Source: an uncultured Myxococcales bacterium (lineage in GTDB: Bacteria; Myxococcota_A; UBA9042; CAIXZC01). Taken from it: a stretch of DNA of 64,000 nucleotides. Both the position numbers and the translations under genes were made by a program. Each line of letters opens with the position of its first letter. Position 1 is the stretch's first letter. Where the stretch lies: assembly GCA_903923815.1 (NCBI GenBank), contig CAIXZC010000084.1, forward strand, positions 37,350 to 101,349, written 5' to 3'. Positions 50,301 through 63,700 of the stretch are shown one piece after another. Below the pieces are notes generated by a model. The model was given only the letters and a program-made list of their open reading frames with translations. It did not search any database and was not told where the DNA came from.

Positions 50301-51720
50301 CCTGCGAGACCTGCAACGGCGTCGGCTCCTGCAAGCTGGTCCAGGCCGGCCTGGATCCCAACAACGACTGCGAAGACACGGCCCCCGAGGGCTGCGGCCA
50401 GGACGGCGCCTGCGGTGGCGACGGCACCTGCACCTTCTGGAACAACGAGACCCCCTGCGGCGACGCTGCTTCCTGCACGGGTGCCACCTTCTTCCCGCAG
50501 GACCTCTGCGACGGCGCGGGCAACTGCGTCGACACCGAGGCTACTGACTGCAACGGCTACAAGTGCTCTTCGGACACCGAGTGCCGTACCGCCTGCTCGG
50601 ACAGCGCCGACTGCGACGACGTCCACTTCTGCGAGTCCTCCGTCTGCGTGCCCAAGCTGGACAACGGGGCGACCTGCTCCTTCGCCGACTACGGCAATGC
50701 CCAGTGCAGCTCGGGCTTCTGCGTGGATGGCGTCTGCTGCGACGTCGCCTGCGACGCGACCTGCGCCGGCTGCGCCCTTGAGGGCAGCGTTGGTACCTGC
50801 GCCAACTACGCCGCCATTGACCCCGACAACGAGTGCCAGGCCTGCTTCGTCTGCAACGGCGCCAACGTGTGCGCTGAAGAAGTGGCCGGGTCCGACCTCA
50901 AGGCCTCCTGCGCTCCCTCCGACCCCAGCACCAATCCCTGTGGCCTCAGCGGCGAGTGCGATGGCGCCGGTTCCTGCGCCCTGCGCACCGGCAACGTTTG
51001 CCAGGCTGCCACCTGCCTTGACGGCATCGCCTACCCCGAGTCCCTGTGCGATGGCGCTGGCAACTGCGTCGAGAACGGCACCCAGTCCGCCTGCGACCCC
51101 TACGTCTGCAGCTCTGGCTCGGAATGCCGCACCGCCTGCTCCGATGACACCCACTGCATCAGTGGCTTCACCTGCATCGCCCAGACCTGTACGGACCTCA
51201 AGGACAACGGCGAGTCCTGTGCCGATGGCTCCGAGTGCTTCACGGGCTTCTGCGTCGACGGCTACTGCTGCGACACCGATTGCGCTGGCAACTGCCAGGC
51301 CTGTGACATCTCCGGTGCCGTGGGTACCTGCTCCTTCTACGTCAATGACGATCCCTTCAACGAGTGCGCCATGTGCCAGGTCTGCAACGGCGCTGGCGAG
51401 TGCGCCAACCAGCTGGACGGCGAAGACATCAAGGGCGACTGCGGTGACTACCCCTGCGAGCAGGAGACCTGCAACGGCACGGGCGCCTGCCACCAGTGGC
51501 CCGAGAACACCGTCTGTGGCGGCACCCAGACCTGCTCCGATGAGACCCTGCACTACGCCTACCTGTGCAACCTCATGAACGAGTGCCTGGACGGCGGCTA
51601 TGCCTCCTGCTGCCCCTACAACTGCTCCGGCGACAACTGTGGCACCACCTGCGGTGGCCTGGACGCCGACAACTGCTGCGACACCGCTCTGTGCAAGGAA
51701 AGCGCCACCTGCGAAAACTG
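39150..51720 (+). repeat. Twenty-two tandem ~180-aa Cys modules with the core C.SG.C.DG.CC...C.G.C..C
   Basis: Core motifs start at 39201, 39765, 40332, 40878, 41421, 41958, 43074, 43635, 44198, 44726, 45264, 45797, 46382, 46931, 47474, 48011, 48551, 49094, 49622, 50162, 50702 and 51233. The period is 528-585 nt, apart from one 1116-nt unit that carries an insertion. Confidence 0.85.
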
Positions 51721-54700
51721 CACCGTCACCGCTCAGGGCCAGTTCTGCCCCACCGGTAGCTGGTGCTGCGCTGGCGACACCTGCGACAACGCCATCTGGA
51801 TCGAGGACGTGCTGGGCACCCAGAACTTCCTGAGCTCCACCTTCGGCGCCTCCGATGCCTTCAACTTTGACGGCTCCGGCAGCGGCGCCCCCGACCGAAT
51901 CTTCCGCATCACCCTGGGCGACACGCCTCGCAAGATGGTTGCCATGGCCAAGGGCTTCGACTCCCTGGTCTACGTGGTGGAAGAGAAGGGCGGCTGCAAC
52001 GACGGCACCAGGCTCAGCTTCAACGACTCGGGCTGTGGCCTCGACGAGGGCGGCGCCTGTGTGGAGGACGTGCTCCTGCGCCCCTACAAGACCTACTCCA
52101 TCATCGTCGACGGCAACTTTGCCACCGGCGCCGACTTCGAACTTGAGGTCACCCTCAGCACCGCCTGCGGCGTGCCCTGCTCGGCCGACGTGACCTGCTG
52201 CCTCGACGTCCTCATGTGCCAGGACGGGGCCCTGTGCCACGGCTGCGTCAGCACCTCTCCTTGCCCGGACGGCGAGTGGTGCTGCGGCGGCGACGACTGC
52301 GACAACCCCATCGTCCTTGATGCCAACGTCGGCACCATGAACTACAACGGCTCCACCTACGGCGCCGTGGATGCCTTCTGGCACGAGATCTACGGCTACG
52401 GCGTCGGCGCTCCCGACCGCGTCTACCGCTTGAACGTCGGCGAGTACCAGATGAACGCCACGGTCAAGTTGGAGGCCAAGAACGGCTTCGACTCCGTGAT
52501 GTACGTCCGCCAGGATCAGGGCGGCGGCTGCGCCACCGGTCCCTTCGTGGCCGAGGACGACAACTGCGCCCACTACAACCTGGGCAACGGCTCCTGCTTC
52601 AAGGACCTGGTCCTCGAGGCCAACACCGGCTACGACCTCATCGTCGACGGCAACGGCGCCGGCGTGAAGGGCGACTTCAAGATGACCGTCTCCCTCGCCC
52701 ACATCTGTGGCGATGGCGTCTGCCAGGACGACGAGAACTGCAACGCCTGCCCCAGCGACTGCGGCGACTGCTGCGGCAACACCGCCTGCGAGCCCGAGTA
52801 CGGCGAGGACTGCCTCGAGTGCCAGAACGACTGCGGCGAGTGCATCCCCGTTTACACGGCCATTCCCTACACCACCGGCTTCGAGAACGCCGAGCTCGAC
52901 GAGTTCTGGCGTAAGCACAGCTCCAACACCTACGGTCGCGTGGAAGTCTCCACCGAGTTCGACCCCCACGGCGATGCGTTCCACCTGATCATGACCACCA
53001 CCGAGAACGGTCAGGACGTCATGAATGACGCCCGTCTCTTCTTGAACCTGGAAGGCCAGAACAACGTCGAGATGTCCTTCTGGTGGAACAAGTTCAACGA
53101 TGACGACAACGAAGAGGACGGCCTCTTCCTGTCCAACGACGGCGGCTCCACCTGGGTGAAGGCCATGTCCCTCACCAGCTCCATCAATTACTGGCAGCAG
53201 ATCACCGTTGACCTGGACCAGTTGGCCACCGACAACGGCCTGTCGCTGAACTCCACCTTCGCCGTGAAGTTCCAGCAGTACGACAACTTCATGCTGCCCG
53301 ACAACGGCTTCGCCTTCGACGACCTTGCAGTGTACCCCGTCGCCAACTTCGCCAAGCTGCCCTACGAGACCAGCTTCGAAGACGGCGTGCTTGATCCCTA
53401 CTGGGCCAGCGAGTCCAACAACACCTACGGCCGCATCCGGGTCATCGAGACCAACGGTCCCCACAGCGGCATCAAGCACCTGACCATGGACACCAACACC
53501 AATGGCAAGTACGCCATCAACGAGTCCACCCTCCACCTGGACCTGGACGGCCAGTGGAACGTGGAACTGCGCGTCTGGTGGAAGGAGTTCAGCGACGAGA
53601 CCCACAACCTGGACGGCATCTACTTCTCCGACAACGGTGGCCAGTCCTACGTGAAGGTCTTTGACCTGGCGAACAACGCCAACCAGTGGCAGGAGATCGT
53701 CCTTGATGTGGACGCCCTCTCCGACCTGTACGGCCTGACCCTGAACGGCACCTTCGTGGTGAAGTTCCAACAGTACGACGACCTGACCATGGTGTCCGAC
53801 GGTATGGCCTTCGACGACGTGTCCGTGAAGGCCGTCGCCGAGTACGCCACCCTGCCGTACTCCACCGGCTTCGAGACCGGCCTGTTCGACAACTCCTGGA
53901 TTCGCACCCAGTCCGGCGGCCGCAGCGCCATCACCTCCGAGAACGGCCCCCACACTGGCAACTTCCACGTCACCATGGACAAGGCTGACTGCGACGGCAC
54001 CGGCCTCGCCGCCAACAAGCTGCACCTCAACCTGTCCGGCCTCTCCGCAGTCCAGATGGGCTTCTGGTGGAAGCAGATCAATGACGACATCGAGGATGAC
54101 GACGGCGTCTTCCTGTCGAACGACGGTGGTAACTCCTTCACCAAGATCCTGAACATCGTTGGCGCTAGCAACGACACCTGGTACTACAAGACCATCGACC
54201 TCGACGAGGCCGCTGCGGCCGTGGGCCTCAGCCTCAACGAGACCACCGTGGTCATGTTCCAGCACTCCGGCACCTGCCCCATCGCCGATGACGGCTGGGC
54301 GGTGGACGACGTCAGCGTCTTCGAAGGCCCCGTTTACACCACCCTGCCCTACGTTCAGGGCTTTGAGACCGGCGAAGTTGATACCTCTTGGAAGTTCACC
54401 GACCAGAACTCCAGCCACAACTTCATCACCGCCAACTACGGCGCACAGGAAGGCTCCTGGGCCCTGTACCAGGACGTCCCCACCTGCGACGGCAACCCCT
54501 CCACCAACGAGGCGCTGCTGCACCTCAACCTGTCCTCCTACGAGAACGTCGATCTGTCGTTCTACTGGGTGCAGTACACCAACGGTGGCGGTGCCTCTGA
54601 CAACGCCCTGTACCTGTCCACTGACTCCGGCAACAGCTACGTCCGCGTGATGGATCTGAACACCGGCGACAACGGCACCTGGAACCAGGTCGAGCTTGAC

Positions 54701-57700
54701 CTGGATAACGTGGCCCGCGCCAACGGCACGACGCTCACCGACGGCGTCGTCCTCAAGTTCTCCCACACCGGCGCCTGCAACTGGGGCAGCGAAGGCTTCG
54801 GTATCGACAACATCTTCGTGGTCAAGGGCCAGAACTACGCGACCCTGCCCTACGAGACCAGCTTCGAAGAAGGCGCCTTCGACACCTACTGGACCACCGA
54901 AGTGTCCGCTGAGGGCCGCATCACCGTCAGCGACGCGAACAACCCCCACGGCGGCTCCTACCACGTGGTCATGGACTCCAAGTCCTCCATCACCTACGAG
55001 ACCGTCTCGATGAACCTCTACCTGGATCTGGAGAACCAGCGCGATGTGGTCCTCAAGTTCTGGTGGAAGGAATTCAACGACGAGTTCAACACCGAGGATG
55101 GCCTCTACATCTCCTCTGACGCTGGCAAGACCTTCGTCAAGGTCATGGATCTCAAGGATGGCGCCAATGGCGTCTGGAAGCAGTACTGGGTCGACCTCGA
55201 CAAGCTGGCCACCCAGAACGGCCTCAACATGGTCCAGAAGTTCGTCGTGAAGTTCCAGCAGAAGGGCAACGGTCCTGCGGTCACCGACGGCATGGGCTTC
55301 GACGATATCTCCGTGGCCGTTCAGCCCTTCGTGGCGCCGCCCTACAGCCAGGACTTTGAGGCCGGCGTGTTCGACGAATACTGGAGCTTCACCTCCAGCA
55401 CCGGCTTCGGCCGCTCCTCCATCACCAACCAGTACGTGCCTCAGGGTGGCGTGCGTCACATGACCTTGGATGTGTCCGGCTGCTCCGCTGCCTACATGTC
55501 CGTGAACGAGGCCGTGGTGTACCTTGACCTGTCCGCGGGTCGCGGCGTCGACCTCTCCTTCTGGTGGAAGGAGTTCAACGACGAGGACCACGCCGAAGAC
55601 GGTGTGTACATCTCCGACGACGGCGGTCTCACCTGGACCAAGGTCCTGGGCCTCACTGGCTCCACCTACAACATCTGGGCTCAGTACACCCTGGATCTGC
55701 TTGATCTGGCCAACCAGAACAACCTGGTCCTCAACAACCGCTTCGCCGTGAAGTTCCAGCAGAAGGACGACTGCTCCATCGCCGGCGGCGACGGTATGGC
55801 CTTCGACACCATCACCGTGTACGAGAAGCAGGCCTACGCCAAGCTGCCCTACGAGACCAGCTTTGAGGAAGGCGTCTACGACTTCTACTGGACCGGCAGC
55901 CCCAGCAACTGCGCTTCCGAGATCAACACCAACGACGCCGTCGACGGCAGCTACCAGGTCAAGCTGGTGTGCCCCGACGACCAGACCGACAACGTGTCCT
56001 ACTCGGACCTGTACCTGGACCTGAACGGCGAGTCCTGGGCCTCCCTCAGCTTCTGGTGGAAGAACCTGGGCAATGCCAGCTTCGATACCGAAGACGGCGT
56101 GTTCATGTCCAATGACGGCGGCGCCAACTTCACCCGCATCATGGGCTTCGACGGCGGCGACGCCGGCACTTGGTACTACCAGGCCATCGACCTGACCATT
56201 GTCTCCTGGCAGTACGGTCTGTGGTTCAACAGCCAGGTGGTGATCCGCTTCCAGTACAAGGGCATCGGCCCCGGCGACCAGGCCGGCTTCGGCCTGGACA
56301 AGCTGGCGGTCACTCGTGGCCCCGACTACGCCACCATCCCCTACACCAACTCCTTCGAGGACGGCTACCTCGACACCGATTGGACCGTCCGGAACGACGA
56401 CGGCGGCCGCGCCCGCATCGTGGTTGACGCTGGCAACACCGGCACCAACTACCTGCTGTTGGACAACGCCACCTGCACTGGTGCCAGCACCATGGCCGAG
56501 GCTGTGGTCCACATCAACGCGTCCAGCATCCTCTCCAACGCCGAGTTCAACTTCTATTGGAAGAACTTCGGTGACGAGGAAGATGCCCAGGATGGCGTGT
56601 ACTTCTCCTCTGACTACGGCAACAGCTGGGTCAAGGTCTACGACTTCCTCGGCGGCGTCCCCGCCGACTGGACCTACGTCTCCCTGGATATGGACGCCCT
56701 GGCCATGGCCTACGGCCTGAGCCTCAACGAAGGGTTCGCCGTCAAGTTCACCCAGGCTGACGACTGCAACGTGGCCGGCGAAGATGGCATCGCCATCGAC
56801 GACATCGAGGTCAAGCAGGTCCAGCCCTACACGACCATCCCCTACACCCAGAACTTCGAGTCCGGCTCCTTCGACCAGTACTGGGCGGACATGAGCACCA
56901 ACTCCGGCCGCATCGCCATCCGCAGCAGCTGGACGCCGCGCAACAGCTACCACCTGACCATGGACAACGGCTCCAACGGTGGGGCCCTCTCCGTCAACCA
57001 GGCCCGTCTGCACGTCAACCTCGAGAACGAGACCGACGTGGTCCTGTCCTTCTACTGGAAGGAGTGGTCCGACGACAACCACGCCAACGTGGACGGTGTG
57101 TTCATCTCCGACGACGGCGGCACCACCTTCGTGCGCCTCGTGGACCTGGCCATCGACGGCACCGCGGACTACTACTACAAGTTCACCATCGACCTGGACG
57201 CCGCCGTTGCGGCTGCCGGTCTCACCATGAGCAACACCTTCGTCATCAAGTTCCAGCAGACCGGCAACTACGCCTACAGCAGCGACGGCTTTGCCTTTGA
57301 CGACATCACCCTGGACCGCCAGACCGCGGCCGAGCTGCCCTACAGCACCGGTTTCGAGTCCACCACCTACGACGCTCCCTGGATGATCTCGACGACCTGG
57401 AACGGCCGCATTGAGAACCGTACTGACGTGACCCCGAAGACCGGTTCTCGGTCGATGTCCTTCGACAACTCCGGGTCCGTGTACGCCCTCAACGAGGCGC
57501 GCCTGCACCTGAACCTGTCCGAGGCCACCAAGGCCACCCTCGAGTTCTGGTGGAGAGAGACCAACGAAGAGCTCCACGTCCAGGACGGCATCTTCCTGTC
57601 CGACAACGGCGGCCGCACCTTCGTGCGCGTCTCCCCGCTGGAGGGCTCTTACAACCAGTGGAACTTCGTCCAGTGGGATCTGGTCACCCTGGCTGCGGCC

Positions 57701-60700
57701 AACGGCCTGACCTTCACGGACCGTTTCGTGGTCAAGTTTGCCCAGTACGGCAACACCTCCTACGCCAACGACGGCTTCCAGTTCGACGACCTGGCCGTCA
57801 AGGCCGGCCCGACCTATACCAAGCTGCCCTACACTCAGACCTTTGAGACGGGCAAGACGGATGCCTACTGGACGAACTTCACGAACAACAAGGCTCGCAT
57901 CCAGGTCACCACGGACAACACCCCCATGGCCGGCTCCTACCACATGGTCATGGACTCCTTCGAGTCCATCGCCGCGGGTAACATCAGCTACGCCGACCTG
58001 CACGTGGACCTCACCGGCGAGTCCGCCGTTGACCTTGACTTCTGGTGGAAGGAAACCAACGACGAGACCGACTCCGACGACGGCGTCTACTTCTCCGCCG
58101 ACGGTGGCCTCACCTTCATCAAGGCCTTCGACCTCAAGGACGGCGCTGCCAGCACCTGGATCCACAAGGTCATGTCCATCTCTGACTTCGTTGCGGCCAA
58201 CGCCCAACTCGAGATGAACGAGACCTTCGTCATCCGGTTCCAGAACAAGAACAACAACACCTTCGGTAACGACGGCATTGCCTTCGACAACGTCATCGTC
58301 ACCCAGGGCGTCGCCTACGCCGTGCCGCCTTACGCTCAGGACTTCAACGGCGCCAGCCTGGACAACTACTGGCGGACCTCCTCCACAGAGAAGGGCCGCA
58401 TCACCCTCAACGCCAACTACGACCGCTCCACCGTGTGGACCGAAACCCTGGTCTACTCGGACAACGGCGACAACGGCTCCGGCTGGTCCAACGCCCGCAT
58501 CAACTGGAACGGCTGCTACTACGGCTCGTCCACGGTCCACGGCTCCTACTGGAACGACGTCCGCGAGGACGCCTACACCGTGAACCTGGCCTCCTACCCG
58601 CACAGCCGCGTCAGGGTCACCCTGACCTACTGGGCCTCCGAGACCTGGGATCAGAGTGAAGGCGACTACGCCTCCTTCGCCCTGGACAGCACCGAACTGT
58701 GGCGCCAGTACCGCGCCAGCTCGGGCAACTGCACGGGCTTTGGCACCGACTACGGCTCAAGTGGCCAGAACTGCGCCTGGAGCAACTGGGTCAACTGCCG
58801 CTACGAGCTGGATGTCACCGGCGACCACACCGCCAGCAACGCCACCATCCGCGTCCGCGGTTGGATGAACGGTGGCTACTCTGACGAGCGCTGGGCCTTT
58901 GACAACGTCCGCGTCTACGCCGTCAACAAGACCGGCGGCGAGGGCAACGCCCTCACCATGGACTCCATGACCTCCGGCACCGCGGGCACCAACGAAGCCC
59001 GCCTGCACCTGAACCTGGCCGGCGCCACCAACAGCGTGTTGAGCGTCTGGTGGAAGGAATTCAACGACCAGGACAACACCGAAGACGGCATCTGGTTCTC
59101 CAACGACGGTGGCGCGACCTTCACCGAGGTCATGCACCTCAACGGTACGCTTTACACCAACAACACCTGGACGAAGATCTCCATTGATCTGCTGCAGGCC
59201 GCCAAGTCCATTGGCAAGACCCTGACGAACAAGGTCGTGATCAAGCTGCAGCAGCGTGACACCGACCTTATCGCCTCCCGCGGCTTCGCCTTCGACGACC
59301 TCAGCATCTCCGAGCAGGCCTACACGGCCATTCCCTACTCCATCGGCTTTGACTCCTCCTCCTTTGACCAGTACTGGTCGTACTGGTCCACCGGTAAGGG
59401 TCGCGTGTGGTTCACCAACAGCTACAGCCCCATGGGCTCGCAGCAGGCCATGATGGATACCTACGCCAGCATGGACTCCACCAACAGCATGGATCTGCAC
59501 GTCAAGCTGGCCGGCGAGACTGCTGCCTACCTGTCCTTCTGGTGGAAGGAATTCAACGACGAGACCCACTCCGAAGACGGCGTGTACTTCTCCAACGACG
59601 GTGGCGCCACCTTCAAGAAGATCTACAACCTCCAGGACGGCAGCAACCAGGTCTGGTACTTCTACCGCCTGAACCTGGTCACCCTGGCCACCGCTCAGGG
59701 GCTGACCTTCACCGACAACTCCATCGTCCGCTTCCAGCAGCGCGGCACCGAGCCCGTGGCCAACGACGGCTTCTCCATCGACGACGTCCGCGTCATGGGC
59801 GCCCCGACCTACGCCACGTTGCCCTACACCACCGGCTTCGAGACCGGCATGGTGGACAACTCCTGGATCACCGAATCCACCGAAACGGGCCGCGTCCTGG
59901 TGACCAACCAGAACACTCCCCACGCGGGCACCTACCACATGACCATGGACCGCGCTGATGCCCCCGGCAGCACCGCTGTCAACCAGGCCAAGCTGCACCT
60001 GAACCTGCAGGACGAGACCAAGGTTCTGCTGTCCTGCTGGTGGACGGAATACAACGACGACACCGATACGAATGACGGCCTCTACATCTCCGACAACGGC
60101 GGTACGACCTTCACCAAGGTTCTGGACCTCAAGGACTGGGACACCACCTGGAAGATCTACACCGTCGACCTCGTGACCGTGGCCGCCGCGGCTGGCAAGA
60201 CCCTGTCTGACAAGTTCGTGGTCAAGTGGCAGGAAGGTGCCAACCACTACATCAGCAACGACGGCTTCGCCCTGGACGACATCTCCGTCCTGCGCGCGCC
60301 CGAGTATGGCACGCTGCCCTACTACACCGGCTTTGAGACCGGCAACTTCGACGGCAAGTGGACGGTGTCCAGCTCCAACCGTGGACGCGTCCAGATCCAG
60401 ACCGCTTCGGCCCCCGTTGCCGGCAGCTACCACCTGACCATGGACTGCCGCGAGGCCGGTTACCCGTCTCTGGCGGAGGCCAGCCTGCACCTCAACTTCG
60501 AAGGCCAGTCCAACATTGAGTTGGCCTTCTGGTGGCGCGAATTCAACGATGAGGTCAACATCCAGGACGGCCTGTGGCTGTCCAACGATGGCGGCGCCAG
60601 CTTCGCCAAGATCAAGAGCTTCACCAACAACTCCAACGTGTGGGAACACGTGGTCATCGACCTCGACGCCCTGGCCACCAAGGCCGGCATCTCCTACACC

Positions 60701-63700
60701 GACACCATGGTCATCAAGTTCCAGTACTACGGTGACCACTACCTCGAGAACGACGGCCTCGCCTTCGACGAAGTCAACGTCAAGGCCGACGTGGACGTCG
60801 ACTACGCCACCGTGTCCTACACCCAGGACTTCAACACGGGCGAACTGGACTCCTACTGGAAGACCTTTGGCACCAATGGTTCTCGCGTCCAGATCACCAC
60901 GGCCAACGGGCCCCAGGAGGGCACGCACCACCTGACCTTCGACAAGGCGACCTACAACGGCACCTACGGCTTCGCCGAGGCCCTGCTGCACCTGAACCTG
61001 AAGAACAAGACCTCCGTGAAGGTCACCTTCTGGATGCGCGAATGGGACGACGGCGACCAGAACTACGACGGCATCTACCTGTCCAATGACGGCGGCGCGA
61101 CGTGGACCCCGAACCGCGTGGTCTCCCTGAACCGCACCAACACCTGGACCAAGTACGCCTTCGACCCCATCGGCCTGGCCACTGCTGCCGGCCTGACCGT
61201 CACCGATCGCATGGTGGTCAAGTTCCAGCAGTACGACATGTACCCCATCACCACCGATGGTATCGCCATCGACGACGTGCGTCTCATTGACCAGCCCCAC
61301 CTGGTCCCGCCCTATACCCAGGGCTTTGAGACCACCTTCCCTGACGAGTACTGGAACACCCAGTCCCTGGATTACGGCCGTGTCTACGTCAAGGGCGACC
61401 CCCACGACGGTAGCTACAGCCTCTGCATGGACTCCACGTCCAACGGCAGCTACGGCACGAACGCCGTCATCCTGTACCTGGACCTGTCCAGCTACGCCAG
61501 CAGTCCCAAGCTGCGGCTGTCCTTCTGGTTCCGCGAGTTTGACAACGACGACACCACGGACGGTCTGTACTTCTCCGACGATGATGGCCAGACCTGGTCT
61601 GCCCGCGTCGACGCCATGAACTCCGGTACCGGCTGGGTCAAGAAGTCCTTCTACCTGAAGACTGCTGCTGCCTCCGCTGGCAAGGCGATGAACAACACCT
61701 TCGCCATCAAGATCCAGCAGTACGACAACTACACCTGGTCCTCTCGCGGCTTCGACATCGACACCGTCGAGCTGGTCGAGGACGCCTACGCCAAGCTGCC
61801 CTACGCCTGGCCCTTCGAGACCATGTCTTGGGACCAGTACTGGGAGCTCTACCAGACCGGCGCCCACCGGACCTACCTGTCCACCGACCGCTGGACCGCC
61901 AATGGCCCCAACGGTTCCCAGTCCGACTCGTCGCCGCGCGTCTACCAGGGCAGCTACTTCCTGGTCATGGACTCCAACGAGCCCAACAACGGCTCCGGCA
62001 ACGACCCCGGCGAAGGCCAGTTGAAGTTGCGCCTTGACCTGTCCACGGAAGAAGGCGCTGTCACGATGAAGTTCGCCTTCAAGCACTACCTGGACAGCTA
62101 CGACGACGCCTACGACGGCATCTGGATCTCTGACAACGCCGGCGCCACCTGGGCCAAGGTCGACTGGTTGAACCGCGACCTGTGGGACAACAACATCCGT
62201 TGGTGGGAGAAGAACCTGGACCTCGCCGCCCTGGCCACGTCCAACGGCCTCAATCCCAAGTCCTCGGCCTTCGTCGTCAAGTTCGGCCACTACTCCGTGA
62301 ACCCCGCCTACGGCGACTCTCTGCCCCAGGGCGGTTCCCACGGCGACGGCTGGCGTGACGGTTACGCCTTCGACGACCTCAAGATCCGTGGCTACGCCGC
62401 CACCTACTCGACGCTGCCCTACGCGACCTCCTTCGAGGCCGGCTACCCGAACGAGTGGAACTACAAGTCCACCGGCGCTGGCCGCATCCGCTTCGACGGC
62501 ACGGGCGGTCCCTACTCCGGCTCCTACAACCTGGTCATGGACGGTAACCCGGACAGCACGGCTTACCTGAACGACGCCCGCGTCCACCTGAACATGTCCG
62601 GCCTCACCGTGGCCAGCGACACCGTCATGGTCGAGTTCTACTGGAAGGAGTTCAACGAGGCTACGGACACCGAAGACGGCGTGTACGTCTCCGTGGACGG
62701 CGGCACGAACTTCACCAAGGCCATCGACCTCAAGGACGGCGCGAACAACACCTGGACGAAGAAGTCCTTCAACCTCAAGGACGTCCTCGTGGCAGCCAGC
62801 CTCGAGTACTCCAACAAGGTGGTCATCAAGTTCCAGCAGAAGGGTGACCGCACCTACGCCAATGGCGGCTTCGCGATTGACAATGTCTTCGTCTACCGCA
62901 AGCCCCTCTACACCACTCAGCCCTACAGCTTCGGCTTTGAGACCGGCAACTACGACGCCTACTGGCGCTACGAGACCACCGGCTTTGGCCGCGCCCGTAT
63001 CGACAGCGGCAACAGCCCCCGTACCGGCAGCTACCAGCTGCTGCTGGACAGCTCCAGCGGTTCGGCCATCTCCTCCGCCATCCTCTACCTGAACCTCGAG
63101 AACGAGACCAGCTCGTTGCTGCGCTTCTGGTGGCGGTCCTGGTCCGATTCGGACTCCTCCAATGACGGTATCTACATCTCCAACGATGACGGTGCCAGCT
63201 GGGTGCGCATCTACTGGTTGCGTCCCAACTACTACGAAGACCAGAACTGGATGCACTTCACCTTGGACCTCAAGGCCCTCGCCGCGGCCCAGGGCAAGAC
63301 GCTCACCAGCACCTTCCTGGTCAAGTTCCAGTGGGAAGACTCGGGCGCCGTCGGCAGCTACGCCTTCGCCTTCGACGATATCGAAGTCAAGGCCGAGATG
63401 CCCTACGCCACGCTGCCCTACTCGATGAACTTCGAGAACTCCGGCAAGACCGACCAGTACTGGTCGCACTACGGCGACAACGAGTCCGGCTACTACGCCC
63501 GCACCAAGTTCTGGAGCGGCAACTGCTACAGCGGTTGGTGCCTCATGTGGGACCGCTACCCGGGCAGTGGCTACGGCAAGAACGAAGCCAGACTGCACCT
63601 GAACCTGGCGGGCGAGACCAGCCCCATCCTGTCCTTCTGGCAGATCCAGTGGAACGAGGACTTTGACACCACCGACGGCCTCTACATGTCCGTTGACGGT

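Noticed and set aside
43664-58603. 4,979-aa minus-strand ORF
   Set aside because: This is the same shadow effect, aligned with the post-frameshift sense phase. It ends where the sense strand uses its rare TCA codon (58757..58759). It is useful only as support for the phase change near 44.0 kb.
58757-63598. 1,613-aa minus-strand ORF
   Set aside because: It is a codon-aligned antisense shadow of the C-terminal module array, with low-complexity Val/Gly/Ala/Asp translation.
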